From: Catajapyx aquilonaris
Lineage: Eukaryota
DNA: 64,000 nucleotides
NCBI GenBank assembly: GCA_000934665.2
Contig: JYFJ02000746.1
Span: forward strand, 1-64,000
Direction of reading: 5' to 3'
How positions within the stretch are numbered: position 1 is the first letter of the stretch; every line of letters starts with the position of its first letter. Below the pieces are notes generated by a model. That model was not told the DNA's origin and did not search any database. It was given only the letters and a program-made list of their open reading frames with translations. The position numbers were made by a program, and so were the translations under genes. Of the stretch, positions 20,902 through 32,538 are shown piece by piece.

Positions 20902-23259
20902 ATGGGGCTCGAAAGCACAATGATTTGGTGAGTTGAAGGATATTTTTTAAGGTTTAAAGTGACATGGAAAGGTCAAATCAGGTCAGAAACTATCGAATCA
21001 CGATCACTGAACATGATGGGAGGTCAAGGGTCATCGAATATTGGGAGGGTCAGCAGGTGTTCTGACCTGGAACAATAAGGCTTATATTTATGTTCCAAAC
21101 TGAATGGAACACTAGGTTTAACGGACGTTGAAAGGTCAAGTCAGGTCACAGTGATCGGATCACGATCACTGAACATGCTGGGAGGTCATAGGTCATCGAA
21201 TATTGGCAGTCGGCTGGTGTTCGGATCTTTTTATGTTCCGAACCATTCTGAACTGTACGGAACAATTCGCATGACTGCCATTCTGAACTGTACGGAACAA
21301 TTCTCATGACTGCCGTTCTGAACTGTACGGAACAATTCTCATGACTGCCGTTCTGAACTGTACGGGACAATTCTCATGACTACCTTTCTGAACAGTACGG
21401 AACAATTCGCATGACTGCCATTCTGAACTGTACGGAACAATTCGCATGACTGCCATTCTGAACTGTACGGAACAATTCGCATGACTGCCGTTCTGAACTG
21501 TACGGAACAATTCTCATGACTGGCTTTTTTCCCCCTTCTAGTGTGGACAACAGCGACTACATGCGCAATGGCGACTTTGTTCCAACACGCTTGCAGTCGC
21601 AGCAGGATGCGGTCAACATCATATGCCACTCAAAGGCTCGTGCGAATCCGGAGAACAATGTTGGATTGTTGACTCTGGCCAAGTAAGGTTTTGGGATAAT
21701 ACCAGGGCTTCATTTAAATGGTTTTGAAATTTTTTTGAACCAATATAATTTCCATTCTCCATTCCAATGCATTCTTTGCCATTTCTACCACTTGGCTCTG
21801 CCTTTTTTTCTCCCCCGCAGCAGTTCGGAGGTGTTGGCCACCCTTACAACGGATGTCGGTCGTATTCTGTCCAAGCTGCATCAGGTCACGCCTTGCGGGA
21901 ATGTCAATCTCCTGACTGGAATACGCATCGCTCATGTCAGTACTTACTGACTACTTGGACCATTAGACGTAAAGGTTTGATGCTAATTTTTGCTTTTATA
22001 GCTGGCTCTGAAGCATCGGCAGGGGAAGAACCACAAGATGCGGATCGTGGTTTTTGTAGGCAGCCCTGTGGTGACGGACGAGAAGGAATTGGTCAAGTTG
22101 GCCAAGCGTCTCAAAAAGGAGAAGGTCATGGTCGATGTCATCAACTTTGGTGAAGAGGTGGGTTCCCATACCATGGTTTTTTTCTGCAGATGAACTTGAA
22201 TAATTATTTAACGTAAGGCCGTAGAAGAAACGGTAACCGCAGCTTACATGTCGTTTTTTGCAGAGTCACAACACGGACACCTTGACGCAGTTTGTGAACA
22301 CTCTGAATGGGAAGGAAGGAACTGGAAGCCACCTGGTGACTGTATCTCCTGGTCCGCACCTAGCGGATGCTCTCATCTCCTCCCCAGTGGTACAGGGTGA
22401 GGATGGCGCAGGGGGAGCTGGACTTGTGGGCACCTCTGGCTTTGAATTTGGCGTGGACCCCAACGAAGATCCTGAGCTTGCACTGGCTCTCCGCGTGTCC
22501 ATGGAGGAGCAGCGCCAGCGCCAGGAGGAGCAAGCTCGCCGTGCCAGGGAGCAGTCTGCACAGGAGGCCGGCGGCACCACTGGAGACGTCGTAATGGCCG
22601 AACCAGGAGCAGACACGCCTGCCATGGACACTTCGGCGGAAGAGTCCCTTCTGGAAAAGGCACTGGCCATGTCCCTGGAGTCCACTGAGCGAGAAGGCGG
22701 AGAAGTTGCAGGAGGAGGAGTCGGAGCGGCAAGGGTCAGCAGCACAACCAGCGTCGGAAGTGGCGGAGGGAGGGGCGGAAGTGGGTTGGGGGTTGGAAAC
22801 CTGCCGGACTTCTCCCAGATGAGTGAGGATGACCAGATCGCCTACGCCATGCAGATGAGCATGCAGGATGCCCGTAAGTGTCTGCACGGCATGTTCCTTT
22901 GTTGAAGCTGCAATTAAATGGATTGTCATCTGTTTCCAGAGGAGCAGGCCCACCGTGGAAAGGGAAGCGAAGTAGGCTCCATGGAGGTGGACGAGGAGGA
23001 GGATTACGGCGAGGAGGAGGAGGAAGGCGGAGAAGGGAGGCGCGGGGACGAAGACTACTCCGAGGTCATCAGTGACCCTGCTTTCCTGCGCAGTGTGCTG
23101 GAGAACTTACCTGGTGTGGACCCACAGAGTGAGACAGTCCGATCAGCTGTAGGGTCATTGGCCACCCAGCAGCAGGAGCAGGAGCAGAAGAAGAAGGACG
23201 AGAAGAAGAAGGACGAAAAGAAGAAGGACGAAAAGAAGGATGCGAAGCGCAAGAAGTGA
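20902..23259 (+). CDS. PSMD4: 26S proteasome ubiquitin receptor Rpn10/S5a; exons 20902-20927, 21542-21682, ~21821-21935, 22002-22157, 22264-22873, 22940-23259
   Basis: [34 protein letters not shown] vWA start, [46 protein letters not shown], three UIM-like segments, [17 protein letters not shown] and a lysine-rich tail. Confidence 0.98.
21243..21522. repeat. 35-bp minisatellite x8 in PSMD4 intron 1 (CCATTCTGAACTGTACGGAACAATTCGCATGACTG)
   Basis: Head-to-tail near-identical units without spacers, ending about 20 nt before the exon 2 acceptor. Confidence 0.95.
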
Positions 23260-23410
23260 AGGAATAAAAGGAAGAGTGTACACGTAACTTAAAACAGCCC
23301 TTTTTTTGGTATGAATTGCTGAATTTAGCATTGCTTAAAATTTGTGTTTCCCTATCCTTTTTTTGCTAAGGGATTAATAAAGAGTAGGTAGTGGGAACAA
23401 TAATCAGTTT

Positions 23411-24120
23411 TTAATTTCTGAATGTGCTTGGTCCTGGGTCGACCTCTTCAGGCTTGAGGCCCCTGCGGCACCTGTTGAGAATGAAGTGCTTCTCCGTCTC
23501 ATCTGCCGTGCGCAGGTAGCGGCCTGAGTCATGCTGTTCTATACGATCAGTCTGCGGGTCGTAGTACCCATCGCAAGTGTCTCGGTGGTCTGGGATCAGC
23601 TGTGGTGGCGGGTCGCGGTTGGACTGCAGGGAACGTCCAGCAGGCTTGACCTGATCCAAGATCTCATTGTAGAACCTGTGGGGTGAGAATTGTCAATATC
23701 AACAGCAATGCCTATGGATGCACAAGTTAATTACCTCCTGTCTGGTGGTATGCAGTAATTCCACTTCTTCGGCTGGTAGACCAGCCCATCGTTGAAGGTG
23801 TAGACTCCATCCGTGTTTTTTCCGTCGATCCAGCTTCCTTCGAACTTGCCTCCGCTTGGGTAGAACAAGATCCCGTGTCCGTGGAAGCATCCGTCCTTCA
23901 TCCCACCCCTGTACTGCACACCTGCGGGACACCCAAACATGTCAGTTGCCTCTGGCGATGTAACCCAAGCGTAACTGACAATACCTGTAGCTAGCATGAA
24001 GGACCCTTCAATTTCCATCCGACCACCACGGTAGTGTCCCTGGTACTCGCTTCCGGTACAGAAAGTCTCACTCTTATGCTCATCAAGACTAGTCACTTTT
24101 CCAGGTCCTTCGCTCGTCAT
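23411..24120 (-). CDS. MORN5: MORN repeat-containing protein 5, copy A (3 exons, intact)
   Basis: TGSEYQGHYRGGRME..YRGGMKDGCFHGHG..YTFNDGLVY..WNYC..DRR/FYNEI..KPAG..DGYYDP..RYLRTAD..CRRG follows the MORN5 pattern (TGSKYIG..GRMEG..MKDGMFHGEG..WHYC..DRRFYTEI..LKPAG..DGFYNP..FLRNAD..CRKG). Confidence 0.92.
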
Positions 24121-24344
24121 TTTGTAAATATTTCATATGACCTGAATATCATTTTTGAAAATTTAGCTCGAAGTTTTGGATTGAACATGGCTTCTCACAC
24201 ATACTGATTGGCACGACCTGCACTAGTCACCTAGCAATGGCGGCCGTTTTGAAAGAACGCGCACTGTTTTCTCACAAAATCCGGGCTCAAACTGTGACCT
24301 GACCTGACCAAAACCTGTGCCGGTGACCATCTGACCTACCAGCC

Positions 24345-24500
24345 ATGCTTCGAGCCCTGTGACCCCAAAAATGACCCCACGTGGGTATAAATCTACTAAA
24401 TTTTGTTACCTGATTCAGAGAATTAACTTTTCATTCCTCTTTCCAGCAACGTCCAACTCGACTCAGAGTTGTTGTCACACTGTCATGGCAACGTCAACTG
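24345..24500 (+). pseudogene. Degenerate COX15 exon 1/exon 2 remnant
   Basis: ATGCTTCGAGCCCTG-TGA (MLRAL*), the donor CAC/GTGGGTATAAA and GTCATGGCAACGTCAAC match the COX15 5' region at 35431-35605. Confidence 0.85.
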
Positions 24501-24521
24501 CAATTTAGCCCAGTCTACATA

Positions 24522-26316
24522 TAGTCCGGGTGCTAAGGGGTTGAACTTTGCATTTTGTGACAAAAGTATGAAACTCGGTACACTTGTCCTTTGGACACTT
24601 CTGATCATATCTGGACGTGGAGCCACGATGACCCACCCCGGTTGTGGTCCATTTCGCAGGGTTTCCATATCTACCAGATGCAGCATCCTTTTAGGACCTT
24701 GTATTCGGTGACAAAAACATGAAACTCGCCCCAATTGGTCTTTGGACACTATTGAACATGTCTGGAAGTGAGGCCACTATGGATGACCCCGCTGGGGGTC
24801 ACTCGCAGGGTTGCCAGATCAGATCTAATGGGCTCTCTAAGTAAACTATGTGAATAGGGAGCTTGCATTCGGTGGCAAAGACGTGAAACTCGGTACAACA
24901 TAGTTCTTTGCACACTTCCGAACATATCTGGACCTGGGGACACGATGACCCACCCCGGTGGAGGGTACTATCATGGTGTTGCCAAATCTAACAGACTGTG
25001 CAACATGCGTTTATTTTTGAAATAATGAGCTTGCACTTGGTGACAAAGCCATAAAATTTGGTACGTTTAGTTCTTTGCACACTTCCGAACATATCTGGAC
25101 GTGGGGTGACGATGACCCACCTCGAGGGAGGGCACTATCGCAGGGTTGCCGTATATAGTCGGGGCAACCTAGAAATACTCCATATGAATAGGGAGCTTGC
25201 ATTCGGTGACAAAGCCATAAAACTTGGTACGTTAGTTCTTTGGACACTTCCGAACATATCTGGACGTGGAGCCACGATGACCCACCGAATGCAAGCTCAT
25301 TATTCAAAAATAAACACATGTTGCACATTCTGTTAGATATGGCAACCCTGCGATAGTGCCCTCCCTCGGGGTGGGTCATCGTGGCTCCACGTCCAGATAT
25401 GTTCGGAAGTGTGCAAAGAACAATTCTACCAAGTTTCACGTCTCTGTCACCAAATGCAAGCTCCCTATCAAAATATAAACGCATGTTGCACAGTCTGTTA
25501 GATTTGGCAACACCATGATAGTACCCTCCACCGGGGTGGGTCATCGTGTCCCCAGGTCCAGATATGTTCGGAAGTGTGCAAAGAACTATGTTGTACCGAG
25601 TTTCACGTCTTTGCCACCGAATGCAAGCTCCCTATTCACATAGTTTACTAGAGAGCCCATTAGATCTGATCTGGCAACCCTGCGAGTGACCCCCAGCGGG
25701 GTCATCCATAGTGGCCTCACTTCCAGACATGTTCAGTAGACCAATTGGGGCGAGTTTCATGTTTTATCAGTGTTTTATCACCGAATGCAAGGCCCTTATT
25801 CATGTAAAGGTGTGCAACGCATGTTCGATTTGGCAACTCCGCGATAGTGACCCCTGGCGAGGCCACCAGGGGTCACCCACCGTGACCCCATGTCCAGATA
25901 TGTTGAGATGTGTTCAAAGAACTACCGTGCCGAGTTCCACGTTTTTATCACCGAATGCAAGCTCCCAATTCACATGATCTTCGGAGAGATGTATGTTTGG
26001 TCCATTAGATCTGGTAACCCTGCAAGTGACCCACAGCGGGGTCAGTCATCATGGCCCCACATCCAGACATGTTCAGAAGTGTCCAAAGACCAATTGTGGC
26101 GAGTTTCATGTTTTTGTCACAGAATACAAGGTCCTAAAAGGATGCTGCATCTGGTAGATATGGAAACCCTGCGAAATGGACCACAACCGGTGTGGGTCAT
26201 TGTGGCTCCACGTCCAGATATGATCAGAAGTGTCCAAAGGACAAGTGTACCGAGTTTCATACTTTTGTCACAAAATGCAAAGTTTGGGTCAAATTTGTCC
26301 CTTAGCACCTGGACTA
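24522..26316. mobile_element. Non-autonomous palindromic (foldback) DNA transposon with TAG..CTA termini and a 3-bp ATA target-site duplication; possibly Academ-like
   Basis: Ends TAGTCCGGGTGCTAAGGG / CCCTTAGCACCTGGACTA. 24545-24749 is the near-exact reverse complement of ~26080-26285. Internal ~140-160 bp subrepeats switch orientation near 25285. ATA on both flanks (24519-21, 26317-19). The paralogous empty site TAC-ATA-AACTCATG lies near 33894-33907. Confidence 0.88.
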
Positions 26317-26344
26317 ATAAACTCATGTCAGCGAGCTCATGTTC

Positions 26345-26600
26345 TCAATATGTTGGGCCAAGTAATTTGGATCGTACCAGGGCACCATTTTAATGGTTTT
26401 AATATTTTTTGGCCTAATTTTCCGCAGTAATTGGGAGATGCTGGCCACCCTTACTATGCGGATGCCAGTCGTATTCTCTCCAAGTTGCCCATAAGCGAGT
26501 TCCTTTCCTGCGCAGTACTTACCTGGTGTGGACCCACAGAGTGAGAGAGTCAGCAGCAGGAGTATGAGCAGAAGAAGAACGCAAAACGCAAGAAGCGAAG
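26345..26600 (+). pseudogene. Degenerate, internally deleted PSMD4 remnant (exon 2 end/exon 3 joined to the last exon)
   Basis: GGCCAAGTAA..ACCAGGGC..CCGCAG..GGCCACCCTTAC..TCGTATTCT.TCCAAG matches 21677-21880, then jumps to CTTTCCTGCGCAGT..ACTTACCTGGTGTGGACCCACAGAGTGAG (23081-23133). Confidence 0.85.
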
Positions 26601-26714
26601 GAATAAAAGGCGTCCATGTAACTTGAAAATTTTTGTATTCTTTGCCAGATTTAGCATTACTTAAAATTTTGTTGTTTCCTATCATTTTTTTGCAAAGGCA
26701 GCAATGAGTAGTTT

Positions 26715-27072
26715 CTAACTCCTGAAAGTGGTTGGCCCTGGGTCGACCTCCTCAGGCTTGAGACCCCTGCGGCACTTGTTTAGTGTGAAGAGCTTCTCAG
26801 TCTTGTCTGCAGTGCGCAGGTAGCGGCCTGAGTCATGCTGGTGAATACGATGTGTCTGTGGGTCGTAGTATCCATCGCATGTGTCTCGGTGGTCTGGGTG
26901 CAGTGGGGGTGGCGGGTTGCAATTGGCCTGGAAGGAACATCCAGCAGGTTGGACCTCATCCAAGATCTCATTGTAGAAGCTGGATTTGTGGGAATAAATA
27001 TGATATAAGAGCAACATCCGCCACGTTGTCGAAAAATAATGCACAAGTTAATTACCGCCTGTCTGGTGGTAT
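26715..27072 (-). pseudogene. MORN5 copy B, 5'-truncated (last exon, intron 2 and a few codons of exon 2)
   Basis: The FYNEILDEVQPAG...CRRGLKPEEVDPGPTTFRS* exon is intact, but homology to copies C and E stops abruptly after GTCTGGTGGTAT at ~27072. Confidence 0.88.
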
Positions 27073-28063
27073 TATAGTACACTGAAGAGAGTGAAAAGTA
27101 TTTTTCAAGTCACTGCAGCTCTGAAAATAAGGACTCTACGTGGAAAAGGTATACTTATACTTTTTTTTGTGGCATACAATATGTTTCTGTACAACCTTTG
27201 TTTGTCACATTTCCTCCTGAGAAGCATAGTTCGCTCAGAAAAGACTTTTAACTCGCTTCAAAGTAGCCAATCCGCAATTACGGGCCTCCAGGACGAAAAC
27301 GGGCGTGGCGCCATATCTGAATTTGAAGAGTATGGCTCTCAGGGACATTTGTACCAAATTTCATGCTTTCTTCACCAAATGCACGGTTGACCCATTATTC
27401 AACGTCCGGATTCCTGATAACCCAACCTTTTTTTTTTCTCCGGTGATCACACTCCTCTACTCCGTTCGTCTTCATTTATTCGGGTTCTTGGCCTGGGGAA
27501 GTGCAGCAGGGGCCAGTGGGTGCACTGTCGCTCCCGCGGCGGGTTCGGCGGCTTGGGCGGCTACATGGTATGCACAAGGACATGGGAGAGTGACCTGGTC
27601 CTTTAAGATGTGAACAGGAATACTGAGCTGAAGTTGTAACAAGCCTGTTTACCACTGCCATTTTGAACCTCTCAAAGGGTAGGCCGTACCCGATAGTAGA
27701 CAGTAGGCCCTACCTCTGGAGCGCTGTGGGACAAAATTTGGGTCGCAATTAATTTTGAGACTACCTCACAAAATTAAGCAATTTTAAAGAATCCACTACT
27801 TAGCTTGGATCTTTTGCTAACACAATGTGTATTTTTTTTGCATGTTTGTCACATTGAACAATTGCTACACGTAATTTCTAACAACCTAATGCAACATCGC
27901 CCAATGTTCCCTGTTGCTGGGCAAATTTGGGACATGACGTGGAGTACTTTGGGACAATGATAATATTTCATGATTACAAGCCAATATAAGGAAAAGTCTT
28001 ATTATTACTTCTTGTGAGAGCTAACAAGTGACAACTTAAGACCTATCATGGGATATCCATTGG

Positions 28064-28064
<1 letters not shown>

Positions 28065-28135
<71 letters not shown>
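28065..28135. repeat. (TTG)n microsatellite
   Basis: About 23 uninterrupted TTG units; explains the poly-Cys and poly-Leu ORFs. Confidence 0.97.
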
Positions 28136-29994
28136 ACGACAGTGCAGTGGGCCAAATAACACTCTCAAAAGACTCAAGACGTCTGTTTGTTACAGCACAA
28201 TTACAATTGAATCATATAGAAATGGGAAAGTGCCATATAAGTGTTTTCTGAAATTAGGAACTTCAATATTAAGCACATTGAATTTCTATACGATTGGTTC
28301 GAATTATTGCCATGAAACATTCATGCAGAATCGTCACCTCTTTTAGGTGCTGATTTTAACTCTAATGTTTAATTTTTCACATATAAACGTTAATTTGTGA
28401 ATTTTAGAGGGTCTTTTTTGATTGGACCAAGTCTGTTAGGATGAGTTTAGTTTTTTCCCAAATTTTTTTTTTCTTTTCAAAATAAAACCCTACATACTGC
28501 TCTGAGCAGTTTGCAGCAGTAATTTTTACGAGTCGTTCCATGCAGTACTTGAGAATTGCTTGAGTAAGACCTATGGTACAGCTTAAATCAATTGGTGAAG
28601 GTCTTACATGAGCCAGCCTTGTTTCAGTACTTTCATTCCGCCACGGAGGTCTTACTACCCTTTTTTTCACTGAAGGGAATGTTTTTGCTCTTATTTCAGT
28701 TCTTTCTTTAAACCCCTTCGCAATACCAGCCTAGGTTGTCGCTTACATGTACTCTGAAGACAAGGACAAGATAGTGCTACAGTGATATATACATATCATA
28801 CTAATAGTCCAGTCAAATAATTGTTGATGGACCTAGAACAAACTGCAACAGAAATGGTGTCAACTGATTCTATAGTAAAAAATGGCGCTGAAAACGATGG
28901 AACACAGTCTGAGACTGTCCGGTCGCCCCAAAAGCCGCCATCTTGAAAAAATGGCGGCCAAATCGGATATGTTGAACAAAAACATTTTTTTATCACGGAA
29001 ACGACTCGGGTTTAATGGAAAGTGAACTGGACATAAATGAAACAGCATAGAATATACTTCAAGACGACACTTTCATCTTCTCTGTAGAGTGCATAATGTC
29101 GAATCTAGACAAGCATTCTCAAGTATCGCATTTGCCATCTTATGGCAAACTGAGTCTTTCATGGTGAATTGGGATAAAAACAAGAGTTCTTTAGGCCTGT
29201 ATGTGAAGTAGTATACGTGAATAACTGCATTTCATGCATTAATAACATTACATGGATACATAGATCTCCAACTACAGTAGCCTCCAGATATAACAGACTT
29301 CAATGGACTGCGGAATTCAGTCTGTTACAACCGAGATCTGTTGTAGGAAGATACACAGGGCATAATATATGGCAGTATGGCCGGTCCCAGCATACTTCCA
29401 AAAGGCCCTGTGCATATTCACTCCGGATATAACAGACTCATTTTTCACCTCACATCGGCTATATTAACAGACAATTTCTTGGCCCTTCTGTGGGAAAATA
29501 TGCTGTTTTCGATTACTCGGCGTCTACTTCCCACGCGAGGAAACCACTGGACTGAAAAGTGTACACTGGAGTACCTAATTCAAGGAGTACCAAGGAGTAC
29601 CAAATAGTAAAGTACCTATCAACCAACATCATCATCTGCGTAAAACTGGCTCTGGCCAGAATCCATGCCAACCCATTTCTGACTGGCTGGATGGCTCTGT
29701 CTGGATTTTGGATGCTGGGTTTCCGGATGGATGGCTCTGTCTGGATTTTGAATGCTGGGTTTGGAGATAATAGACCTGCAAGAGATTGACCAATGCATCG
29801 ATCCTAGTCAGTCGAATCACCACGTCCGAGTGCGGATAGGAGAGGTCCTAATAATCCGGGAAATATTCGATCTCGTCGATCTTGTCAAAGTGTTCCGCAA
29901 CATCTCCTCCTCCTTCGGTCGTTAAACTCTGTAGCGCCGATTGGGCTTCACTCGACAACATCGCGGATGTGTATGCGTAGGGCGATGTAGAGCG

Positions 29995-30060
29995 TGAGAC
30001 TGTCAGCAGCAGCAGGAGTATGAGCAGACGAAGGACGCAAAACGCAAGAAGCGAAGGAAT
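29995..30060 (+). pseudogene. Short PSMD4 last-exon remnant next to the 3' end of MORN5 copy C
   Basis: GTGAGAC.GTCAGCAGCAGCAGGAG..GAAGGACGCAAAACGCAAGAAGCGAAGGAATAAAAGG matches 26541-26610 and the PSMD4 3' end. Confidence 0.8.
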
Positions 30061-30188
30061 AAAAGGAATGGTACATGTAACTTTAAATTTTTTTGTATTC
30101 ATTGCCAGATTTAACATTACTTAAAATTTTGTTGTTTCCATATAATTTTTTGCAAAGGCCTTAGAGTAGTAGCAGCAATGAGCAGTTT

Positions 30189-30909
30189 TTAACTCCTGAA
30201 AGTGGTTGGCCCTGGATCGACCTCCTCAGGCTTGAGACCCCTGCGGCACTTGTTTAGTATGAAGAGCATATCAGTCTTGTCTGCAGTGCGCAGGTACCGG
30301 CCTGAGTCATGCTGGTGAATACGGTGTGTCTGTGGGTCGTAGTATCCATCGCATGTGTCTCGGTGGTCTGGGAGCAGTTCGGGTGGTGGGTTGCGATTGG
30401 ACTGGAAGGAACGTCCAGCAGGTTGGACCTCATCCAAGATCTCATTGTAGAAGCTGGATTTGTGGGAATAATGTCATATAAGAGCAACATCCGCCACATT
30501 GTCGAAAAATAATGCACAAGTTAATTACCGCCTGTCTGGTGGTATGCAGTAATTCCACTTCTTCGGGTTGTAGACCAGTCCATCGTTGAAGGTGTAGACA
30601 CCGTCCGTGTGTTTTCCGTCGATCCAGTTTCCTTCGTACTTGCATCCGCTTGGATAGTGCAAGACTCCGTGTCCGTGGAAGCATCCGTCCTTCATCCCAC
30701 CCCTGTACTGCACACCTGCGGGAGACACCAAAATATTAGTCATCTCAGAAGATCCAAGAGCAACTGACGATACCTGTAGATAGTGTGTACGACCCCTCAT
30801 CTTCCATCCGCCCACCACGGAAGTGTCCTTTGTACTCGCTTCCAGTGCAAAAAGTCTCACTACTGTCCAGCTCAATAATTTTTACTTTTGCAGGTCCTTC
30901 GCTGTTCAT
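30189..30909 (-). CDS. MORN5: MORN5 copy C (3 exons, intact; 30909-30774, 30715-30529, 30453-30189)
   Basis: MNSEGPAKVKIIELDSSETFCTGSEYKGHFRGGRMEDEGSYTLST/GVQYRGGMKDGCFHGHG..DRR/FYNEILDEVQPAG..TFRS*. GT-AG phases are consistent. Confidence 0.88.
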
Positions 30910-32106
30910 CCTGAAGTTTTTGTAGGACCTGAAATATGAACATCATCATCATCATCATCAAAGAATTATTTATTTTCATTTGGTCAACATTCGGCAATGG
31001 TCACTTGGACACAGCACACTTCAACAACATTAATCTCAAAATATTGACTGGATAAACATAAGACTATCATCAAAAACCATCATTTTGTGATTTTTTTTGG
31101 AATGGGGGTGGCGACATGAGAAGCTCAGCATAGGTGACAGCACTGCGCTTGAGGCCTCAGCAGATATGAGCCCCAAAATACAGGTTGGAGTGAATGGAGG
31201 TTAGGGCAACCTGGGGAATCGGTGCCCCCCCCCNCCCCCCCCCCCCCCCAAATATGGCGACCTCAACATCAGGCGTCAATGCACTGAACCGCACTGAGCT
31301 ATTTCATCCTATTTGTCAGGCTTCCTTGCGAACGTCTGAGGCGCATTGTAAGCCGCATAGTTAGGATAAAGGCTTCCGCCTAAAAAAAAAGTCTGGTACC
31401 CAAATTGTCACCATCACAACTCGCACAGTGTTGCAACAGTCATGGCATGTTCATTTGATACGATACTGTAACATATATTTAAACTACGTGCAGTGAGAGG
31501 CGTGAGTGAGCCAATATTTTCAGGTACTGCAGCAAGAGGGGCCATGGGCTGTCGAGGAAGGCGCCCAAATTCCCCTAGCTCTTTATTCTCGGCGGCGACC
31601 CGGAACGGATCAGACGTACTGTACTTGGCTGCGCTGATGTCAGTCACCCCCACCCGTGATCTAGGGGCCAGTGAACTCGGGGGGTCGATGGCCGACGACT
31701 ATCAACCTCCCTTGACATCGAGATGAAGCTGGCCTGAACCCTTGGCCGATCATAATAAGTAGGTCACCTTTTTTTTTTTCGCAGCCGAGGTTTGCCGCAA
31801 AGAGCTCGGGGCCGAATTCGGCGAGATTGGATCTGTTTGGAATTAATGGCCTGGCGACAGGGCAGTTGATGGGGGAAATATTTGGGTTGTTTCACTTGTT
31901 TGAAAATTATGTCCAGGGCAGCAGGTGCTATGGTGGGGGGCTGTTGTGCGAGGCTACAATTGGGGCCATTGAAATATCGTTGAAGGTGGAGGATGGGCCC
32001 ACGTGGGTATAAAATGCGACTAAAAAAAATTACCTGCTTTAATTATAATTGTCCTTTCCTCTTCTAGCGGCCTCCGATTACTCAACAATTATTCCCTAGA
32101 CGTGTC

Positions 32107-32538
32107 ATGGCAACGTCAACAGCGTCGTCGTCAATGGCAGCAGCGACTGGAAGCAGGGTCGTCGGCTGGTGGTGGGTTGGATGCAGCGGGATGGTCTTTG
32201 GAGCGGTGGTCCTCGGAGGTGTCACCAGGCTCACGGAGTCCGGCTTGTCCATGGTCACCTGGAAGCATGCAGGATGCCTGTAAGTGTCTGCACGGCATGT
32301 TCCTTTGTTGAAGCTGCGACTAAATGGATTGTCATCCACTTCCAGAGGAGCAGGCCCACAGTGGAAAGGGAAGCGAAGTAGGCTCCATGGAGGTGGACGA
32401 GGAGGAGGATTACGGCGAGGAGGAGGAGGAAGGCGGAGAATAGAGGCGAAGACTACTCCGAGGTCATCAGTGACCCTGCTTTCCTGCAGTGTGCTGGAGA
32501 ACTTACCTGGTGTGGACCCACAGAGTGAGACAGTCTGA
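32107..32538 (+). other. COX15::PSMD4 duplication-junction chimera (possible spliced 121-aa ORF or pseudogene)
   Basis: 31993-32266 copies COX15 exon 1 end, intron 1 and exon 2. 32264-32625 copies PSMD4 22858-23259. The junction shares AGC. Exons 32107-32279 and 32346-32538 form an open frame. Confidence 0.6.

Noticed and set aside
21243..21522. 35-bp repeats resembling a CRISPR array
   Set aside because: The units are contiguous with no unique spacers, lie in a eukaryotic intron, and there are no cas genes; this is a minisatellite.
22266..22953. Long antisense ORFs over PSMD4 (similar ones occur over SNRNP200 and the peroxidase)
   Set aside because: Expected shadows of GC-rich coding exons, with no recognisable protein features.
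24469..26430. ORFs of 60-177 aa inside the palindromic element as a transposase
   Set aside because: They are translations of the internal subrepeats on both strands, with no recognisable DDE or other transposase motifs.
28048..28346. Poly-Cys and poly-Leu ORFs
   Set aside because: Translation of the (TTG)n microsatellite.
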